Program-made: the position numbers and the translations under genes
The notes under the pieces: model-generated
Databases searched by the model: none
The model's input: the letters and a program-made list of their open reading frames with translations, nothing else
Told to the model about the DNA's origin: nothing
Shown: positions 1-7,574 of the stretch, one piece after another
Numbering within the stretch: the stretch's first letter is position 1
Layout: every line of letters starts with the position of its first letter
Source of the DNA: Erysipelotrichaceae bacterium
GTDB lineage: Bacteria > Bacillota_I > Bacilli_A > Erysipelotrichales > Erysipelotrichaceae
NCBI GenBank assembly: GCA_030604855.1
Contig: JAUVVC010000001.1
Location: forward strand, 120,001-152,000
Direction: 5' to 3'
Length of the DNA stretch: 32,000 nt

Positions 1-1
1 A

Positions 2-646
2 CGCTTGGTTGAAGGCAATGCCTTGGAAGGTTTGGTCCTATTGGATGCGTCTCAAGGCATCAGCTTGATTGAAGCCGATCATGAACATGAGGATGATGAA
101 GAGGAAGAAGCAGAATTCGATCCCCATTATTGGTTGGATCCTTTGAATATGATCATCATGAGTGAATCCATTTTGAATGCACTCATTGAAATCGATCCAG
201 AGAACGAAGTTTTCTATACCACCAATGCGGAAGCATACATCGCTTCATTGAATGATTTGGATGCGTCTTGGAAGGATCTGTTTGAGCGCTCTGCGTTGAA
301 CCAAATCATCTATGGAGGTCATTTTGCCTTTGGCTATCTCAGTCATCGTTTTGGTTTGGAGATCCTCTCCCCCTACAGTGGGTATGCGCCAGACGCAGAA
401 CCCAGTGCTCAGGCTTTGGCAGGCTTGATGGATGTCTTGAAAGAAAAAGACATTCATGTGATCTTTTATGAAGAACTCATCGATCCACGGGTTGCCCGTA
501 TCATTGCCGAACAAGCACAGGTTGAAATTGAAGTCTTACATGGCGCTCATAATCTCAGTGTGGAGGATATGCAGGCTGGATGGACATATATTTCCATCAT
601 GGAAGATAACATCGCTAAGTTAAAGGAAGCCCTTCGTTATGAATAA
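2..646 (+). CDS. znuA: Zinc/metal ABC transporter substrate-binding protein (cluster A-I, ZnuA/AdcA/TroA-like), 5' end cut by window edge
   Basis: Frame is open from the window start. An acidic/His-rich loop EADHEHEDDEEEEAEF sits directly before DPHYWLDP, and GGHFAFGYL is present. Followed by the ATPase and permease genes, with an 8-nt overlap (ATGAATAA) to the next gene. Confidence 0.8.
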   Translation, partial: RLVEGNALEGLVLLDASQGISLIEADHEHEDDEEEEAEFDPHYWLDPLNMIIMSESILNALIEIDPENEVFYTTNAEAYIASLNDLDASWKDLFERSALNQIIYGGHFAFGYLSHRFGLEILSPYSGYAPDAEPSAQALAGLMDVLKEKDIHVIFYEELIDPRVARIIAEQAQVEIEVLHGAHNLSVEDMQAGWTYISIMEDNIAKLKEALRYE

Positions 647-1385
647 ACTCTTGGAAGTTCGCAATCTTTCTGTGAACTTTGGTCGTGTCAAGGCTTTGGA
701 CGACATCAGTTTTCATGTGGAAGCGAATGATTATCTTGCGATTGTCGGACCCAACGGCTCCGGTAAGAGCAGTTTGATGAAGTGCATTTTGGGTTTGATT
801 GAATCGTTTCAAGGATCATATGTGTATTGGGATGATTTGCAGCGTGAGGACATCGGTTATCTTCCGCAACGCTCACCCAATCAAGACAAGCATTTTCCAG
901 CGACCGTTTATGAGATCATACAGACTGGTATCACCAACAAGAAGATCGATCGTAAAGCGATGCACAAAGCCATTGTGGAATTAAGTCGGAAATTGGGCAT
1001 TGAGGAACTTTTGAATCAAAAGATTGGAACCTTATCCGGTGGACAGTCCCAACGGGTCTTCTTGGCGCGGGCTTTGATTCATAAGCCGAAGCTTCTGATC
1101 ATGGATGAGCCGACCTCTGCTTTGGATCCTACGTTTCGGGATGAGTTTTATCAGCTCATCAAGCAGCTTCATGATGAAGAGGGGGTTGCGATCGTATTGA
1201 TCTCCCATGATTTGAGTTCAGTGAATCAATACGCAAAGAATCTTTTGTATCTCGATCAAAAAGTCGTCTACTTCGGATCGGTGCAGAACGTGTGCATGTC
1301 TGAAGCATTGATGCATCAAATAGGACCCCAAGCGACCGCAGCTTTGTGTCAGGTGGAAAACCATGAACATCACATCCATCTTTAG
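639..1385 (+). CDS. znuC: Metal (zinc) ABC transporter ATP-binding protein
   Basis: Walker A GPNGSGKSS, ABC signature LSGGQSQR and Walker B LLIMDEPTSALD. His-rich C-terminal tail VENHEHHIHL. Lies between the SBP and permease genes. Confidence 0.9.
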   Translation: MNKLLEVRNLSVNFGRVKALDDISFHVEANDYLAIVGPNGSGKSSLMKCILGLIESFQGSYVYWDDLQREDIGYLPQRSPNQDKHFPATVYEIIQTGITNKKIDRKAMHKAIVELSRKLGIEELLNQKIGTLSGGQSQRVFLARALIHKPKLLIMDEPTSALDPTFRDEFYQLIKQLHDEEGVAIVLISHDLSSVNQYAKNLLYLDQKVVYFGSVQNVCMSEALMHQIGPQATAALCQVENHEHHIHL

Positions 1386-2190
1386 ACTCTTATCCTATGC
1401 CTTTGTACAAAGGGCATTGATCGTCGGTTTATTGATCGCCATCAGCAGTTCATTCCTGGGTATCTTTCTGGTCTTACGGAAGTACTCGATGATCGGCGAT
1501 GGTTTGGCGCATGTGAGTTTCGCAACGGTCGCCTTGGCTTTGGTTCTGAATCAATCGCCTTTGATCATCTCCATTCCCATCGTCAGTCTGGCTTCGTTGT
1601 TGATCTTGAAATTGAGTGAAGAGAATCGCATCGGAGGGGATGCGGCGATCGGTTTGATCGCTTCCACATCCTTGGCCATCGGGGTCTTCATCACATCAGT
1701 TTCCAATGGTTTCAGTGTCGATCTGAGCTCATATCTCTTTGGAAGCATTCTGATCATCGCCCAGAGTGATGTTTATCTTTCCCTGATTCTGACGGTCTTG
1801 ATCGTGAGCTTGGTCTTGGTCTTTTATCAGGATCTGTTTGCGATGACTTATGATTTGGATTACGCCAAGGTCAGTGGACGCAAAACAAAGCGTTTGAATC
1901 AATTACTTTCCATTTTAACCGCCATCACCATCGTCTTGGGCATCCGTGTCGTTGGGACGATGTTGATCTCGAGTTTGATCATCTTTCCCACCGTATCGGC
2001 TTTACGTCTTTCCAATGGGTTTAAATCCACCATCGTATGGGCGGTCATCATCGCCATCTTCAGTGTGTTGAGTGGCATCTTGATTTCCGTCACTTTAGAC
2101 TTTCCAACCGGTTCAAGCATCGTCTTGATCAATGCGATCTTGTTTGGCGTGATCAGTTTGACGATGAAGTTGAAAGGGGGGAGTGCATGA
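1363..2190 (+). CDS. znuB: Metal (zinc) ABC transporter permease
   Basis: 275 aa, very hydrophobic and multi-spanning, typical ZnuB/TroC-like composition. Overlaps znuC by 23 nt and zur by ATGA. Confidence 0.85.
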   Translation: MNITSIFRLLSYAFVQRALIVGLLIAISSSFLGIFLVLRKYSMIGDGLAHVSFATVALALVLNQSPLIISIPIVSLASLLILKLSEENRIGGDAAIGLIASTSLAIGVFITSVSNGFSVDLSSYLFGSILIIAQSDVYLSLILTVLIVSLVLVFYQDLFAMTYDLDYAKVSGRKTKRLNQLLSILTAITIVLGIRVVGTMLISSLIIFPTVSALRLSNGFKSTIVWAVIIAIFSVLSGILISVTLDFPTGSSIVLINAILFGVISLTMKLKGGSA

Positions 2191-2618
2191 AAGCGCGTGA
2201 ATTACTGAATAAACACCAACTCAAGTATTCCAAACAACGTGAAATCCTATTGGATCTCCTTCAAGCCAGTACGGAACCCTTGAGTGTCGATGATCTTTTG
2301 GACCAACTTCGTTTAAAAGAGGTCTCGATGAATCAATCCACGGTCTATCGCATCATCGACCATTTCTGTGCCCATCGCATCGTCGAGAAAAGTACAAGCA
2401 CACTCCACCCTAAACACTTCTACACTTTGATTCGTTTGGATCATCACCATTATCTCTACTGTCAATCCTGTCATGTCCGGATTCCCTTGGATGCTTGTCC
2501 TATGGAAGCGTGGTTGAAGGATGTGGAGGAAAGTCATGGCTTTCAAATGACCCAACATCACATAGAAATCATTGGACTCTGTGCCGAATGTCAAAAAAAA
2601 TCAGTTCACATGGACTGA
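2187..2618 (+). CDS. zur: Fur-family metalloregulator, probably Zur
   Basis: Start chosen at ATG 2187 (MKARELLNKHQLKYSKQREILL), which is the Fur-family N-terminus. HHHYLYCQSCH and CAECQ supply the two CxxC pairs. The upstream part of ORF 2037..2618 lies inside znuB and is rejected. Last gene of the znu operon, as in the Listeria zurAM-zurR layout. Confidence 0.8.
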   Translation: MKARELLNKHQLKYSKQREILLDLLQASTEPLSVDDLLDQLRLKEVSMNQSTVYRIIDHFCAHRIVEKSTSTLHPKHFYTLIRLDHHHYLYCQSCHVRIPLDACPMEAWLKDVEESHGFQMTQHHIEIIGLCAECQKKSVHMD

Positions 2619-2625
2619 TTTTTTA
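2599..2625. terminator. Bidirectional rho-independent terminator between convergent zur and the GGDEF gene
   Basis: AATCAGT-tcacatgg-ACTGATT hairpin with an A-run on the 5' side and a T-run on the 3' side. It overlaps the zur stop codon. Confidence 0.6.
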
Positions 2626-4779
2626 GTAGATTTGGATTTGATTACGACCATTTTCCTTGGCTTTGTATAAGGCTTGGTCGGCTTTATCCAAGAGTTCATT
2701 GGGAGAGGTTTCAGTACTTGGAATCATACTGGTGATGCCGATGCTTAAACTGATGTGTGGGGCAATCGGACTGTACTCATGAATCAAAGTACGTGCTTTG
2801 ACTTCTTCTTGGATGTTCATGGCGATTTGAAGCGTGTCTTCTTGAGGGGTGTTGCTTAGAACGACGATGAATTCATCTCCACCGAAGCGAACCGCAAGAT
2901 CACTGCTGCGCTTCGCATGTTTCGCAATGAGTTTGGCGATCAGGATGATGATCTCATCCCCTTGAAGATGACCGTAATGATCGTTGTATTCTTTGAAATG
3001 ATCGATGTCCAACATCATCAAACTGATCCACTCATGGGAGCGAAGGCAACGTTTGAATTCGTAATCATAGAACTCATCGAAATGACGACGATTGGCGATG
3101 CCAGTCAAACCATCGATCTCACTGAGATCCAAGAGTTCTTTATTCAATTTCGCCAATTCAACTTGAATCGAATTCTTCTCCTCAATCTCCACTTTCAAGG
3201 CATTGTTTTTCTGGGTGTTGCGGATGGCGATGGCGATGTAGGCAGCCAAGGTCTCCAAAGTCTTAAGGGATTGTTCATTGTAGGCATGATCGGCTCGATT
3301 TTGAATGGTGATGATCCCAATGGCCTTGTCTTCAATGACCAAGGGGACAAACATCATGGAGTTCATGACATTCCCGATCATCGTCGATGGATTCTGGTTG
3401 AGAACGTTCTTGATGTCATCCCGTGTTCTGAACACCAGACTTCTGTTTTGAATGAAACATTGGACCGCAAGACTGTTCTTATTGTCCAATGAGGCAAAGT
3501 GATTTTCCATGCGCTCTTCATCCACGATCAGATACTGATATTGAAGGGCATTCAGTTTCTCACTGTGGATGGCGATTCCAAAGGTGGTGGAAGCCATCAG
3601 GATGGAGAGATTCTCATAGACGATGTTATAAAGGGCTTCCAAGTCGTCCGTGGCGGTCACCTTGCGTCCGATCGCATGGATGACTTCGGCACTTTGATAA
3701 GCTTTTTCCAATTGTTGATTCAATAAGAAGTAGTCATCCCGTTCTTGGGCCGTGATGTCCGCTTGTTTCATCAGTTGAATGCTGCGACGCTTCTGTTCCA
3801 GTTTGACGCTTTCGATCTCTTCAGAAACTTCCATGTATTTCTCCATGAAATAATAGGCGTTCTGGGTGTTGTTTAAGGCTTGATGGTCCTTGATCAAGCG
3901 TTGATACGCTTGCTTCAGGATGTGTTTCGCATTCAGGTCTTCACCAATCATGATGGCTTCACTGAGATAGATCAAGGATTGCTGGATCTTGTTTTGTTCG
4001 GTATAGAGATCATGGAGTTCAAAGAGGACATCCGTTGAAAAGAGTAGTTCTTTCGTTTGACTGTATAAGGTCAGACTTTGATCGAGATAATCTTCAGCCA
4101 AGCGATAGTTGAAGTTCTTTTTCGCAAGGATACCAAGGAATTTAAGGGAGAGCGATTCGATGATCTTGTCATCATAAAAACGCGCGAGTTCAAGGGCTTG
4201 CAGGGTGTACTCTTCAGCCAGGTCCAGTTTGCCTTGCGAGAGATACACGGCTCCAATGTTGGAGATGGGGTAAATGATGCGGTCTTTCTCTTCAAGATTC
4301 TTCAAACCTTCCAAACTTAATTGATAATGATCCAAAGCGGCCTCATTATCATTCAACTCCCGATAGATCTCACCAACGTTGCTTAAAAGTGTCGCAATCA
4401 TCTTTGGATCGTTTTGGTGCTGTGCCTTGTGATAGCCCAATTGATAATAAGTAAAAGCCAGGTCATAAATTTGAAGATCGAGATAGATGTTGCCGAGGGT
4501 GTTCAGAATCTCTACTTCATGAACAGGTTGTTCCAAGTATTTATTGATGATGTCGGCTTCTTGAAGGGAAGTGATGGCATCCGTGAGTTGGCCCAAACGC
4601 CATTTCGCACTGCCGATGAAGTAATGACTGGATGTGATGCTGGTCGAATCTTGGGATTCCAAAGCCAAGCTCAAAGCCTCGGTGGCGAGGTCCAAAGCTT
4701 CTTGGGGATTCCGATTGATGATCTGTTTTGCATTCTGATTCAGACTTGCAATCCGGCGGAGTTTTTCGATGTTTGGCAT
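2623..4779 (-). CDS. Cytoplasmic TPR-repeat / GAF / GGDEF diguanylate cyclase
   Basis: 718 aa with no TM segment. The N-terminal ~330 aa are TPR-like repeats (repeated Y..LG..Y / A...Y pattern). Central GAF-like region. C-terminal DGLTGIANRRHF plus RFGGDEF (nt 2869-2883), with an RSSD I-site five residues upstream. Confidence 0.85.
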   Translation of the reverse strand: MPNIEKLRRIASLNQNAKQIINRNPQEALDLATEALSLALESQDSTSITSSHYFIGSAKWRLGQLTDAITSLQEADIINKYLEQPVHEVEILNTLGNIYLDLQIYDLAFTYYQLGYHKAQHQNDPKMIATLLSNVGEIYRELNDNEAALDHYQLSLEGLKNLEEKDRIIYPISNIGAVYLSQGKLDLAEEYTLQALELARFYDDKIIESLSLKFLGILAKKNFNYRLAEDYLDQSLTLYSQTKELLFSTDVLFELHDLYTEQNKIQQSLIYLSEAIMIGEDLNAKHILKQAYQRLIKDHQALNNTQNAYYFMEKYMEVSEEIESVKLEQKRRSIQLMKQADITAQERDDYFLLNQQLEKAYQSAEVIHAIGRKVTATDDLEALYNIVYENLSILMASTTFGIAIHSEKLNALQYQYLIVDEERMENHFASLDNKNSLAVQCFIQNRSLVFRTRDDIKNVLNQNPSTMIGNVMNSMMFVPLVIEDKAIGIITIQNRADHAYNEQSLKTLETLAAYIAIAIRNTQKNNALKVEIEEKNSIQVELAKLNKELLDLSEIDGLTGIANRRHFDEFYDYEFKRCLRSHEWISLMMLDIDHFKEYNDHYGHLQGDEIIILIAKLIAKHAKRSSDLAVRFGGDEFIVVLSNTPQEDTLQIAMNIQEEVKARTLIHEYSPIAPHISLSIGITSMIPSTETSPNELLDKADQALYKAKENGRNQIQIY

Positions 4780-4846
4780 ACGTGTTACTTAGTTACAATG
4801 ATACCATTTCTTAAATGCAATAAAAGAGAGAAATTTACCAAAAAGA

Positions 4847-4864
4847 TTGTTAAAAAAATAACAA
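4847..4864. promoter_or_regulatory. Candidate Rex operator 1
   Basis: TTGTTAAaaaaATAACAA matches the clostridial Rex box TTGTTAANNNNTTAACAA at 17/18 positions by eye. It lies over the -35 region of the hyd promoter. Confidence 0.6.
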
Positions 4865-4869
4865 GTATG

Positions 4870-4878
4870 TGTTATACT
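4870..4878 (+). promoter_or_regulatory. Extended -10 promoter element for hydCDBA
   Basis: TGTTATACT (TGn + TATACT) lies 46 nt upstream of the hydC ATG. The -35 is weak or ambiguous. Confidence 0.5.
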
Positions 4879-4892
4879 AGCTCCAGCAGTAT

Positions 4893-4910
4893 ATGTTAAC
4901 AAATTAACAA
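4893..4910. promoter_or_regulatory. Candidate Rex operator 2
   Basis: ATGTTAAcaaaTTAACAA matches TTGTTAANNNNTTAACAA at 17/18 positions. It lies between the -10 and the hydC start codon. Confidence 0.65.
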
Positions 4911-4923
4911 GTGAGAAAGACCT

Positions 4924-5436
4924 ATGGAACACCTGAATCAAACCAGTCTTGACGCTATTGCTCGCATCATTGAGCAACACCAAAACAAAGAAGGTCCTGT
5001 TAAACGGATCCTCCACGACATCCAGCGGGAATGCGGCTATATCCCAGTGGAAGCCTTACCGATGATTGCGCATGCTTGTCAAAAGCCCGTTGCGGAAATC
5101 TACGGCGTTGTAAGTTTTTACACGCAGTTCAGTTTGAAGCCCAAGGGGAAACATGTCCTCAGCATCTGTATGGGCACGGCTTGTTATGTAAAGGGTGCGC
5201 AAGCTTTGATCGCAAAGTTTCAAGCACTGACGAACGCCGAACTGAATCAAACCAGTCACGATGGTTTGTTTTCCTTGGATACGACGCGTTGTTTGGGTGC
5301 TTGTGGTTTGGCACCGGTTGCGGTTCTAGATGGCGTCGTTTATGCGGATGCCATTCATAATCCAAATCTGGAATTCAAAATCCGTGAACTCATGCATGAA
5401 CATGAGATGAAGGCTCAAGGTGAACACAATGCTTGA
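4924..5436 (+). CDS. hydC: NuoE-like [2Fe-2S] subunit of NADH-linked [FeFe] hydrogenase
   Basis: 170 aa. CMGTAC and CLGACGLAP cysteine motifs of the NuoE/HydC thioredoxin-like ferredoxin family. First gene of the operon. Confidence 0.85.
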   Translation: MEHLNQTSLDAIARIIEQHQNKEGPVKRILHDIQRECGYIPVEALPMIAHACQKPVAEIYGVVSFYTQFSLKPKGKHVLSICMGTACYVKGAQALIAKFQALTNAELNQTSHDGLFSLDTTRCLGACGLAPVAVLDGVVYADAIHNPNLEFKIRELMHEHEMKAQGEHNA

Positions 5437-5800
5437 TGTCAAACAATTGAATGAAATCAAAGAAAACAGCCTCAAGAAGATGCGTCTTGAAGATGGACAG
5501 GTCACGCATCGCATTCTGATCGGCATGGGAACCTGTGGCATCGCCGCAGGGGCACAAAGTGTCTATGACTTTTTGATTGAAATGAAAGAGGTGTATCAAT
5601 ATCCCATCGAAGTCCTCCCAACCGGTTGTTTGGGCATGTGCATGTTTGAACCCATGGTTGAAGTGGTTGAGGCCAACGACAAACATACGATGTACATCAA
5701 AATGGATCCCTTGAAGATGAAAGAGATCCTCCACCATCACATCAAAGAAGGGTATACCCTCTATGCGTATACCTTGCAAGGAGGAAAAGACCATGCTTGA
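5429..5800 (+). CDS. hydD: Small thioredoxin-like [2Fe-2S] ferredoxin subunit (HydD-like)
   Basis: Contains GMGTCGIAAGA and TGCLGMCMFEP motifs. ATG 5429 is preferred over GTG 5420 because it gives the ATGCTTGA overlap with the hydC stop and has AAGGTGA upstream. Confidence 0.7.
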   Translation: MLDVKQLNEIKENSLKKMRLEDGQVTHRILIGMGTCGIAAGAQSVYDFLIEMKEVYQYPIEVLPTGCLGMCMFEPMVEVVEANDKHTMYIKMDPLKMKEILHHHIKEGYTLYAYTLQGGKDHA

Positions 5801-7574
5801 ACAACGCATTCATTTGGCCTTGGGATCGCAGTGCAATCAAGATGCGGTGCTGCATCAATTAAACGCATCGCTTAAAAAGAACCGTTTGGATGATCGCATC
5901 CAAGTATATTGTCATACCTTGAATGATTTACAAAAACCCGCTTGTGGTATTTATCCGGAACGCATCTTTTATGAAAACATCAATGAGAATCTGATGCGTT
6001 TGTTGGTGGAAGTCCAACTCTTGAATAAAACACCTTTGGAGCAGTTCCAACAACTCAAATTGGACCAAAGTTTGATCGAACGTTTTGATCAGTGGGACAA
6101 AGATCGTTTCTTTTACAAGCAGACCCGCATCGTTCTAAAGAATGCCGGAAAAATCAATCCGGAAGACATTCAGGAAGCCATTGCCATGGATGCCTATCAA
6201 GCGCTCGTCAAAGCGCTGACAAGCATGAGTCCGCAAGAAGTCTTGGATGAAATCACACTATCCGGTCTGAGAGGCCGGGGTGGGGGTGGTTTTTCAACCG
6301 GACGCAAGTGGCAGGTCGCTCATGATCAAAAAAGTGAAATCAAATACGTCATCTGCAATGCGGATGAAGGCGATCCGGGTGCGTTTATGGATCGTTCCTT
6401 ATTGGAAGGCGATCCGCATGCGATCTTAGAGGCCATGATGATCGCAGGTTATGCGATCGGAGCGAAGCAGGGCTGCATCTATGTGCGTGCAGAGTATCCG
6501 GTTGCGGTCAAACGTTTGGAAATCGCCATTCACCAAGCGGAGAACTTGGGTTTGTTGGGGAAAAACATCCTCGATCTTGGTTTTGATTTTTCAATTGAAA
6601 TCCGTTTAGGTGCGGGGGCTTTTGTCTGTGGTGAGGAAACCGCACTGATCGCCTCCATTGAAGGCCAACGCGGAACCCCCAATCCAAAGCCTCCGTACCC
6701 AAGTGTCGCTGGGCTTTGGGGTAAACCGACGATCATCAATAATGTGGAAACCTTGGCAAATATTCCCCAGATTCTCTTAAAGGGTTCCAAGTGGTTTCGA
6801 TCGATGGGCACAGCCGCATCCCCTGGAACCAAGGTTTTTGCTTTAGGGGGTAAGATCAAACAGACCGGTCTGATTGAAGTCGAAATGGGCTTGTCGCTCA
6901 AAGAAGTCATCTATGACATCGGTCAAGGTTGTGGTCAGAATAAGATTTTTAAGGCAATGCAGACGGGGGGACCCAGTGGGGGTTGTATCACCCGTGAAGA
7001 CTTGGATACGCCTTTGGGCTTCGATGAACTCATTCAACTGGGATCCATGATGGGATCGGGTGGGATGATCGTCTTGGATGAAGACAACTGCATGGTGGAT
7101 GTGGCACGTTTCTACTTGGATTTCATTGTGGAAGAATCCTGTGGGAAGTGTACGCCTTGTCGTATCGGAACTAAACGTTTATTGGAGATGTTGAATAAGG
7201 TTACCCAAGGGGAAGGAACCTTGGAGCTCTTGGATGAGATGGAGGAACTTGCGTATTACATCAAAACAAGTTCACTCTGTGGTTTGGGTCAAACCGCTCC
7301 GAATCCATTTTTATCGACCTATCATCATTTCAAAGATGAATACATCCGCCATGTGGTGGATAAGAAATGTGATGCGAAAGTGTGTAAGGCTTTATTGGAA
7401 TACACGATTCAAGCGGATCTGTGTAAGAAATGTGGTCTCTGTGCCCGTGCCTGTCCAACCTATGCCATTTCCGGTGTGGTGGGTCGCGATCCGTTCACCA
7501 TCGATCCCAATCTATGCATCCGTTGTGGGGCGTGTGTGTTGACCTGCAAATTCGATGCGATCAAGAGGCAATAA
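5793..7574 (+). CDS. hydB: NuoF-like FMN/NAD(H)-binding subunit of [FeFe] hydrogenase
   Basis: GRGGGGFSTGRKW (FMN/NADH site), CGKCTPCRIG ([4Fe-4S]), and C-terminal 2x ferredoxin motifs CKKCGLCARACP and CIRCGACVLTC. AAGGAGG precedes ATG 5793, which overlaps the hydD stop as ATGCTTGA. Confidence 0.9.
   Translation: MLEQRIHLALGSQCNQDAVLHQLNASLKKNRLDDRIQVYCHTLNDLQKPACGIYPERIFYENINENLMRLLVEVQLLNKTPLEQFQQLKLDQSLIERFDQWDKDRFFYKQTRIVLKNAGKINPEDIQEAIAMDAYQALVKALTSMSPQEVLDEITLSGLRGRGGGGFSTGRKWQVAHDQKSEIKYVICNADEGDPGAFMDRSLLEGDPHAILEAMMIAGYAIGAKQGCIYVRAEYPVAVKRLEIAIHQAENLGLLGKNILDLGFDFSIEIRLGAGAFVCGEETALIASIEGQRGTPNPKPPYPSVAGLWGKPTIINNVETLANIPQILLKGSKWFRSMGTAASPGTKVFALGGKIKQTGLIEVEMGLSLKEVIYDIGQGCGQNKIFKAMQTGGPSGGCITREDLDTPLGFDELIQLGSMMGSGGMIVLDEDNCMVDVARFYLDFIVEESCGKCTPCRIGTKRLLEMLNKVTQGEGTLELLDEMEELAYYIKTSSLCGLGQTAPNPFLSTYHHFKDEYIRHVVDKKCDAKVCKALLEYTIQADLCKKCGLCARACPTYAISGVVGRDPFTIDPNLCIRCGACVLTCKFDAIKRQ

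Noticed and set aside
2037-2186. A 50-codon N-terminal extension of the zur ORF in the ORF track (MGGHHRHLQ...).
   Set aside because: It lies entirely within the znuB coding region in another frame. The Fur-family homology begins at ATG 2187, which forms an ATGA overlap with the znuB stop.
5763-5792. An upstream start for hydB (MRIPCKEEKT...). Similar upstream alternative starts occur at 5420 (hydD), 11230 (hydrolase), 20203 (mreD) and 25127 (coaE).
   Set aside because: These are in-frame upstream starts (TTG or GTG at the four listed sites) lying inside the preceding gene. In each case a downstream ATG has a better SD and gives the conserved N-terminus or a stop/start overlap.
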